From Macrostomum hystrix (Eukaryota; Animalia; Platyhelminthes): DNA of 64,000 bases. Within the stretch, counting starts at the first letter, position 1. Every line of letters begins with the position of its first letter. The translations under genes and the position numbers were made by a program. The DNA lies in assembly GCA_950097015.1 (NCBI GenBank), contig CATNEN010000014.1:248001-312000 (forward strand), read 5' to 3'. Positions 14,801 to 23,800 of the stretch are shown here, in pieces. Below the pieces are notes generated by a model. The model saw only the letters and a program-made list of their open reading frames with translations. It made no database searches and had not been told where the DNA came from.

Positions 14801-17800
14801 TAGTCCAATAAAGTCTAGAGCCATGAGGTTCCAGAACAGACTGGCCTTAAAGCTGGAGTTGCCTAGCTGAGGGTTTTCTTGGAACGTCTCAGTCTGGATG
14901 GTTTTGTTTAGAGCCAGCGCTGCTGCTAGAACAGTATCGAAGCGCAAATCGAATCCTGAGATCGATTTTGGCGATGTGGCCACGGAACCAGTGGGTCTGG
15001 AGGCTGTGAAGTCTGCGTACAGCTGACTCAGAGTCTGCGAGTTCCAGCAAGTTTAATACGTAAGGAGTTTTTCAAAAGTGCCTGTATGCTATAAAAACTA
15101 TACGAGTTGTCTCTTTGTCACAGAAATATTCTCTGAATTTGCAGGGCCATCCGTCATATTTTCCTTTCGTTTACAGATACGCCTATATAATCATATATAA
15201 AAATTTATGAGCACTTTGATGGGGATTCGTCTTAGAGCCCCCTCTCCAAAAGCATAGCAACGCCACAGCAGCAGCAAATTGAGCACAAGAGAGAGGGGCA
15301 TCGATGATGACAATTGATGGCGAATAAAACATTATTTTTTCCGCTTTTCAAAAAGTCACTGGGAGTGGCTGGCAGTTAAACGAACGTTGGTTTTAGCGCC
15401 ACCGCGTTAAACAGACAGATAATGCAAAGTGTACCGTACGGAACACCTCTTATTCAAGTGTTGTACTCCCGAATCCTCGGAGGGAGCCTTTGTACCAGTT
15501 ACAGTACTAATACACGGGCCCGAACTGGCATGCATCAGGACGCGCGTGTTCGCACCGGTCCCAAGTCTTGCGCGTCGGTTCGCACCCACGTCGCCGGCAC
15601 ACGCGTATATAGGGGATGCTGTGGTGTCTTTTAGCAAGGCGTCAGGACGCACAAGCTGGCTTAAGTGTACAGCGGGGATACGCTGAGAGTGCCTCCTTGC
15701 CTACTTCCCCACTGGTCAGCGTCAGGACACACGGACTTTCCCCGCTAAGGCAACAGAAAGAAATGAGTATGGCGATGGCGACTTACTTTAGTTGTGACTG
15801 TTGCTTGGTTCCGGCTGGCGTGTCAATGTAATTGACACTGTATTTTAATTGGCACTGTATTTTAATCACGCCCGCACCGGCGGGACACATTGCCTGTGTG
15901 GTATGAGTCAGTCCAGGCCCACGGGCTAAGGTCTGCGATGCCTCACACCTGCAGTCGTTTTTTGAGCAGGCTTGGCAGGAAGGAGACCTGTGCCTTCGGG
16001 TGCAGGAATCCCTCCACGCTGTCCCGTCAGCTGACCCATGGGTACACGTCCCGCGAGTGTTCAAGGCTGACCCTAGGGCAGCCGGACAGAATGGGCAACA
16101 GCGCTGGATGACCCATCCAGGGCCTCTGGCCAAACTGGGTACCTCTAGCCCCGGCTGGAGGGAAGGGTGTCACCCTTTGACCTTAACAGGGTATGCGGCC
16201 AGTCCGCAACGTTCGTGGCACCTGTGCGTGATCAGGTACCTCTGGCTACGGCTCTGAGGGAAAGGTGCTACCCTTCGACCTCAAACAGGGTGTGCGGCCA
16301 GTCCGCAGCGTTCGTGCACCTGTGCGTGATCAGGTACCTCTAGCTACGGCTCTGAGGAAAAGGTGCCACCCTTCGACCTCAACAGGGTATGCGGCCAGTC
16401 CGCAGGCCTCGGCGCTGGCCCAATAGCGCCCTCCAATGTCCCAGTGTTGACCGTGATGATGGACGCTTGGCCAGGGAGTAGTCTGGTCTCCTACGGTTCC
16501 TCCCGGTGGTCCTGGCATCCCACCCCGGGTTGTAACTTGTCTTTTTTGGCTGCCCCCGCTCAGCTTTGGGATCGCGGCTGAGTGGGTTATTCCTACCTGT
16601 GTCTACAGGAAGCCCCTTTTCTCTTTGCAGCTGCAATGGCTTCCAGCCAACTTTCTGCTCCGACCGAGGACACCACGGTGCCCAAGGTCACAAACGCTGC
16701 GGCGCCCGGGCCTGCCCCTGCGACAGCCACCAATGCTGCGCTGCCCATCTCGCGCGGTGATCGGGGCATTAAGCGCTCCGCGACTTCCGGAGCGGCGAAA
16801 CACCGCAGGCGCCTGAAGGCAGAGCTGGGCGGCCGACCTCGCTTTCCTCCGGGAGAACGAGCCGCCGCAGACAAAGCGACATCGAATTTTCGTCCCGGCG
16901 AAAAGTGTCGTCACCAGTGCTGAGGACCTCCGCATGGGCCTCATCGCGATGAACCGGGAGCTACCGACAGCGGGCCTAATCGTGCACCGCACGATCCTGC
17001 GCCCCGACGGCACCGGTTTCACCGCCATTCTGGGCCTGTCCGAGCAATGGACACGCCGTTACCCAGAGCTGCTCCTCGCGGGAGATGTGAACTCACATTA
17101 CACCCATTGGGGCAGCTCTAAAATTAATGACCGCGGCGAAGAGCTCCTGGCCTTCGTTAGCGGCACGCCTCTTAACTTCTGCAATATGGGCAACACGCCC
17201 ACATTCGACAATGGGCGGTGGGCTGAGGTGCTGGACGTCACCCTGGCCTCACCCGGCATCCTCCCAAGGGTGCTGGGGTGGGAGGTGTGGGAGACCGAAA
17301 GCTCACTCTCGGACCACCGTTTTATCCGCTTCAACATCGGTACTCCCGATAAGAAGTAAAAGCCTATCTGGAGGCGTAATGTCAGAAACACCGACTGGCC
17401 CACGTTCAGCCAAAAGTTGCATGAGGGCCTTCGAGACTCCGACCCCTCCATGGCTATGGCAACCACGCAGGACCTGGATGGAGTGGCTGCCCTGCTGGGC
17501 GGCGCCATCACAGAGGCCTACGAAATGGCTTGCCCGCTCAAAGCCTACAAAGGTAAAAAATCGGCCCCCTGATGGAACCCCGAGCTCGGAGTCCTTAGAC
17601 GCCGTGCTAAGGCTCTCCAGAGGAAGCTGAGAATCTCGCACGACCCCGACGACAAAGAGGCCTATACTCCCGCTATCCACGAGTTTAAGGGCCTGGTCAG
17701 AAGGGCAAAAGCGGAAAAGTGGCGTCAATACTGCGAAGGGCTTGAGGGCTCGCGGCCCACGGCCCGCGTGGTAAAGGCGCTCACCAACGACCGCTTCTCA

Positions 17801-20800
17801 AAGCTCGATCACGGAGGGCCCGGAGGAAACGCTCGAGCTCATGCTAGGGCACTTCTTCCCGAGTGTACCGGCGCACTTTGGCCCAGACGACCACTCGCAT
17901 GGCGGTCAGGGCCTGGCTCAGTCACTTGTCACGAATGACCGCATCGCTCGCGCGGCAAAGTCTTTCAACCCTTATAAAACACCTGGGCCAGACGGTATCT
18001 ATCCGACCTTTCTGCATGAAGCGGTCAAAAATGGCCGCTTCCTTCATCTCCTCTGCAGACTTCTACGGGCCTGCATCGTGCTGGGCTATGTGCCAGCGCT
18101 GTGGCATGAAGCCCGTGTCGTCTTTATCCCGAAGCCCGCCAAGGGCGACTATCGCTCGGTCAAGTCCTATCGCCGAAAAGCTTGACTTCCACCTGCCTCA
18201 AGCTCATGGAAAGACTGGTGCTCTGGCGCCTTCTTACTGTAGAGCTAGGGCGGGCTCCGCTTTCCTAAACCAGCACGCCTTCCGGGCGGGCCGGTCCACG
18301 GAGAGCGCCCTCCACTGCATCGTGGAGACTCTCGAGAAGGCAGTGCTGGGCAGTGGTTTTGCCCTGGCCGTCTTCCTCGACATCGAGGGGGCCTTCGATA
18401 ACGTTATTTTCGAAGCCTTTGAGAGGGCCCTTGTTTCCAGGGCCACTCATCCCCACCTCGTTCGCTGGGTCATGTACATGATCCGGCACCGCCGCATGGT
18501 GGCCCACCTCGATGGCAGGTCTCTCTCGCACCTGTCCTAAAAGGAGGGCCCCAAGGCGGCGTCCTCACTCCACTGCTGTGGAACCTCGTCATGGATGAGT
18601 TGCTGAAAAGCACTCGTCCTGACCCGGTCCTGAAAGTGGGATACGCCGATGATGGGACCGCCATCTGCGCGGGCCCCTCGGCGGAAACCACCAGGGACCT
18701 CATTTAGGGCTTTATCAACAGGGCGGTGAGCTGGGCGGACCAATGCGGGCTCCGACTCTCTGAGTCCAAGACCGTTGCGGTTATGTTTACCAGCAGACTG
18801 CTCTGGACCATTAAGCCTCTGACTCTCTATGGCAAGAATATTGCCATGGAAAAGCAGGTCCGATGCCTTGGTCTCCAGCTTGACCATAGGCTTAACTGGA
18901 CCCCGCACATCAACACAAAGGCAAAGAGGGCCCTGGCCATACTGGCGCAAGTCAGGCGTGCCGTGGGCACCACTTGGGGGCTAGCCCCCAAAAAACCTTT
19001 GGTGGATTTACACGGCGATCATCAGACCGTCCGTTGCGTATGCTGGCCTCATCTGGGCCGTGCCATGGGCATCCAGAAAAACCTGGAGGCGCTCTATAGG
19101 GTGCAGGGCAAAGCTTGTCGTATGACGCTGGGCGCCCCACCTTCCACTCCCTTCGAAGGCATGAATGCCTTCCTCAACGCTACACCCATTGACATTTATA
19201 TCAAGGGGGAAGCGGCAAAGTCCACCCGGCGTCTTCTAGATGCGGGGGTCTCCTTCCAGAAGCTGCGAGCCTTCCCGAAGCGCTCCCTTCTGCCTCACTC
19301 AGACCTTTGCCTGAAAACTCTGGGCGAGTGTGGAGGGCTCAACATCCTCTCGGACGGGGCCCCGGCTACTTTGCTCCGGAGCCACAGGTACAAGGTCAGC
19401 ATCCTCCCTCGCAATGAGGTTAAGGACTGCTGGGATGACCCAGCGGTCCACTGCTACACTGACGGCTCTCCGATGAACGGTAATTCGGGATTCGGAGTGT
19501 GCGTCGCCTCGGGTGGTGAGGTCCTCTGGACCCACTCCCAATACTGTGGCAATAGCTCAAGCGTTTTCCAAAACGAAATGCTCGCCATCAGTCTCTGTGC
19601 GGCTGAGCTGCGCCAGAGGCAGCTGACTGGACGAAGGATTTTCTTTCACTCCGATAGTGAAGCAGCTCTCAAGGCCCTCAGCCGCAGCACTTCTCGCTCC
19701 AGAACCACCTTAGACTGCCACACCCAGTTAAACGGATTGGCACAGTCTAACAAGGTGGAGCTGATGTGGATCCCTGGGCACGCCGGGCTCACAGGGAATG
19801 AGATGGCGGACCAGCTTGCAAAGGCTGGAGCAGCCAGCTCCCTGATGGGCCCGGGCCCGGTGGCCCCGATCCCCGTTTCTGAGGTCAACTCCAACATCAA
19901 CCGCTGGATGGAGACCCAACACCGGAGGTGGTGGTTTAGCACCCTGAACTGTAGCCAGTCCAGGGCTGCGGTGCCATCCCCTCTAGTAACCTGCGTAAAG
20001 CGTTGCTTATGCTAAATCGCAGAGACCTGAGAGCAGTCACCATGGCCCTCTCGGGACATGGCTGCTTCACCAGACACCGCTACCTCCAAGGCCACGTGCC
20101 TGAGGAAACGTGTCCCTTCTGCTGCTCCGACCGCGAAAACGCCGAGCACTTCATCTGCCACTGCCCGGCCTTCACCCGGGCTAGGCTAAAACATCTCGGG
20201 CCGGTGCCGACCCTAGTCGAAGCCTGCTCGCCCGAGAGCATTCCACAGCTCGCCCACTTCCTTCGGGATACCGGCCGAGCTGATTTCTTCCCAGCCTATG
20301 GCGAGGGGAATCGCGCGGCGGAACCGACCGACGGACCACCCTGAGTGGCACCGCCTCGCTGGAGGCCGTCCGGCTGCCAGGGGTTAGCGATATGGGCGGC
20401 ACCGGCCGCCTCCTCTCTCTCTCTCTCTACTGGCCCCTCGGCCAAAGGCCATACAGGGGGCGCGCCAGCGCGCCCGTTGCCTCCAGGAAATCCAGCACCC
20501 TCTCCGGATGCTCCTGCAGCAGGGACATCGAGCCGATGCCTTCAAAGCAGCGGCGCTCCTCCTCCCATCTCGGGCAGTCCAGCAGGAAGTGTTCCGTGTT
20601 CTCGACCGGGGCTTGGCAATGTGGGCAGACCGGGCTCTCCACGCGGCCCCAGCGGTGTAGGGTGTCCCGAAGGAAAGGGGCCCGGTTGGCCCGCAGCTGA
20701 TAAAGGGCCACTTCCTGGTCCCGCCGCCTCCTGTTGCTTGGCGGCAGTGGCCTGCCCCCGCAGCGCCGGTGAGGGTGCTCCGCCGGAACCTCAGCCTCGT

Positions 20801-23800
20801 ACTGGGCTTTGGCCCGGACGACGCTCTGCCGCCGGACCGCAGCCTGAATGGCACCTGCTGAAGCCCGGGCGCCTTCCTGAGGCAGCGCGCAGCCTTCCCG
20901 GGCCAGCGAGTCGGCTTCCTCGTTCAGGTGCAGACCCGCATGTCCCGGGATCCAGATGACTGTGAGCCGGTGTTTTTCAGCCAGCTTGTGCAGCAGGGCC
21001 ACTGCCTGTGCCGCCCCATGGTCGTCCTGACACCGCTCCGGGCGCTGCAGCCAGATGGTACGATGGGTCTGCCCCTCCAGCAACTCCCACGCCGCCTGCA
21101 GCCCCGCCGCTGCCGCCGCCGCCTCTGCAGATGTTGAGCACGTGAGGCGCCCTGTCGCGACTGACCCGTTGACATCCGGGCCCGGTGCCCGCCGCCGGAT
21201 CACGTAGCCGCCTCCCCCGTTCCGGACTCCTTCCTCCGCTGCCCCGTCCGTCCAAATTTGCAGGTCAGGCGGGTCCTTCTGGTGCAGGTTGTCCAGAGTG
21301 ATCAGGGCTTCCTGCCTCCGCCGCCACTCCGGGTCCTCCCTCTTCGTGTTGGGCGTGCAGACAAACGACACTGCCGTACCCCTCCACGGCCTCGGCAGCA
21401 TGGTCACAGGCACCCGCTCCTCGGGATTGTCGGCACTCCTCCTGCAGCCACAACCCCTCAACACTTGCTTGGCGGTATCCCTCCAGCTGGGCCGCAAACC
21501 TCCGCCTCGCGCCTTCAGCCTGCGCGCCGTGCATGGCTCCTGGGCCAGGCCTCCGAGCGGATGGGCAGCCGGGAACTGCCGGCACCTGGTGAGCAGCGCA
21601 GCAGCCTTCTCCTCGCAGATGGGGCCCAGCGACAGCAGCTCCGCGTCCGTCGTCAGCGCCAGCGAACGCGCCCCTGCCCCGACCCCCGTGATGATGCGGG
21701 CCGCTTCGGCGTTCAGCCGTTCCAACCTCTGCCGGTGAGTTGGGGCCAGGAAGCTCCACCAGACCTCCGCGCAGTAGAGTCCAGCCGGCCTGACGTAGCT
21801 GCAATACAGCTGCCGCAGCGTACGAGCCTCCGCTCCCCAGGTGCGGCCTGCAACCGCACGGAGAGCGATGAGCCTGCGGCGAATGGTGGCAGCCGCAGAT
21901 TGGGCGTGCTCGGCGAAGGTCAGCTGGCTGTCAAGGTGCACGCCCAGGATCTTGACCGTGCTGCTGAGCGCGATCTGCTGGCCGCCGACTGTCAGCTGCA
22001 CGGGGGCCTTGCCCTTGATCTCCCCCGGGTGCGTGGTAACCAGAAGGGCTTCGGTCTTGTCGGGCGCCAGCTCGAACTGATGATCCTTGCACCAGGAAGC
22101 CACTGCATCGATGGCGGTTTGCGACAGCTCCGCCGCCTCAGCTGCAGATTTCCCAGACGCGTTGACGGTCAGATCATCCGCATACTGCACTGGCCTGGAC
22201 TCCGGCGCAGCGGCCTTAACGGCCGCCGGCAACGTGGAGGTAGCGATGACGAAGAGGAGGGGGGAGAGCGGACTGCCCTGCGGGACGCCTTCCTTGAGGA
22301 CCCGGCACCGACTCTCAGCGCTCTCCCAGCGAACCGTGGCACGCCTGTCAGACAGGAAGGCTCTAACCCACCTAAGCACTCTGGCCGGCGCGCGTGCCCG
22401 GGCCAACTCACGGAGGGTGCCTAACCGCCAGGTGCGGTCGAACGCTGCCTTGAAATCCATCGCCGTCACCATCGATCGGTGCATCGGCTGTTCCTGCAGG
22501 CTGTCGAACGCGGGCTGCGCAATCTGCGCAACGCAGTCAATGGTGCTGCGGCCTGTCCTGAACCCCGCCTGCTCGTCTGGGATCAGCCCGTGCAACTCGG
22601 CCCACACCGCCAGTCTCCGCTGCACCATGCTTTCCAGCAGCTTGCCGATGCAGCTCAGCAAGGAGATAGGCCGGTAGGACTTCGGGTCGCCCTTGTTCTT
22701 GCCCTTCTTCACAGCCGGCACAATTGTAGCCCGTCTCCAAGCACTCGGTAGCTTCGCTTCGACCCAGCTCCTGTTGAGCAGGGTGAGCAGCGCTACGAGC
22801 CCGCTGGACGGCAGCCGCTTCAGCAACTCGGGGTGGACCTCGTCACCGCCCGGGGCCTTGCCCTCACTCCGCCGGATGGCCTCCTGGAGCTCCGCTAGCT
22901 GGAATGGTGCTGCCGCCGCGTCCTCATGTTGTCCTGCTGCTATTGCCCGCCGGACTTCCGCCCTGGCTGCACTCTGGTCCGCCTTCGGGACCCGGAGCCG
23001 GCTGGCCTCGGCGTAGGTCGCCGCCGCCATCTCCGCCTTTTCCTTGTCCGAGTGGGCCGTCCGCCCGTTGTGGACGAGCGGGCTGTCAGGGAGCGGGAGG
23101 CGAACGTTGCCGTCGAGCGCCCGGATGACCTGCCAGACCTTGGTGTCCGGCGTCCTCGCATCCAGCTTGGAAACGAAGGTCCTCCAGGCCTCCGCCTTAG
23201 CTGCCCTGAATGTGCGCTCCGCCTCGATCCTGGCAAGCCTGTACGCTGCAACCTTCTCTGCGTTCCCGGGGTCGGATCTCAAGCGCTCCAGCGTCTCACG
23301 GAGGTTCGCGTGCGCCGCCCTGCACTCAGCAGACCACCAGGACTTGGCCTTGGCGACCGAGCCCCTGGGTATGCTCTTGGCGGCTGACTCCAGAACCATA
23401 GAGGTGAAGCTCCTGTTGGCCAGCTCCAGGGAGAAAAAACGCGAGGCGTCCCAGCCGGCAAAGCGGGAATCAACCTCGGCCTGAAACTTAGGCCAGTCCG
23501 CCCTCTTGATGTTCAGGTGCGTGCGGGCCCTTCTGCCCTGTGGCGCGACGTACTGCACCGTCAGCAGCAGCGGGAGATGGTCGGATCCGACGGGGTCCAG
23601 GACCTGCCAGATGGCCTTGCCGGCCCAGCTAGCATGGCCCAGGGCGACGTCCGGCGCAGTGCCTACTCCAGTCGCAGAGAACCGCGTCGGGGACCCGTCG
23701 TTGAGGGCTAGCCATCCTTGCCCAGCCAGCCAGTCGTCCAGATTCTCTCCCAGGTCGTCCGGGTCGCACTCAGGGTCCCAGCTGCCATGGGCGTTCACGT

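Noticed and set aside
15525-15625. Twister-like core GGUCCCAAG with GCAUC/GAUGC and AGGG
   Set aside because: It lacks the UAA cleavage loop, P4 is weak and there is no T2 partner.
20330-20410. HDV-like words (CCUCGCUGG, GCGAU) in the outer LINE 3' UTR
   Set aside because: P3 is mismatched and the P2 strands are not complementary.
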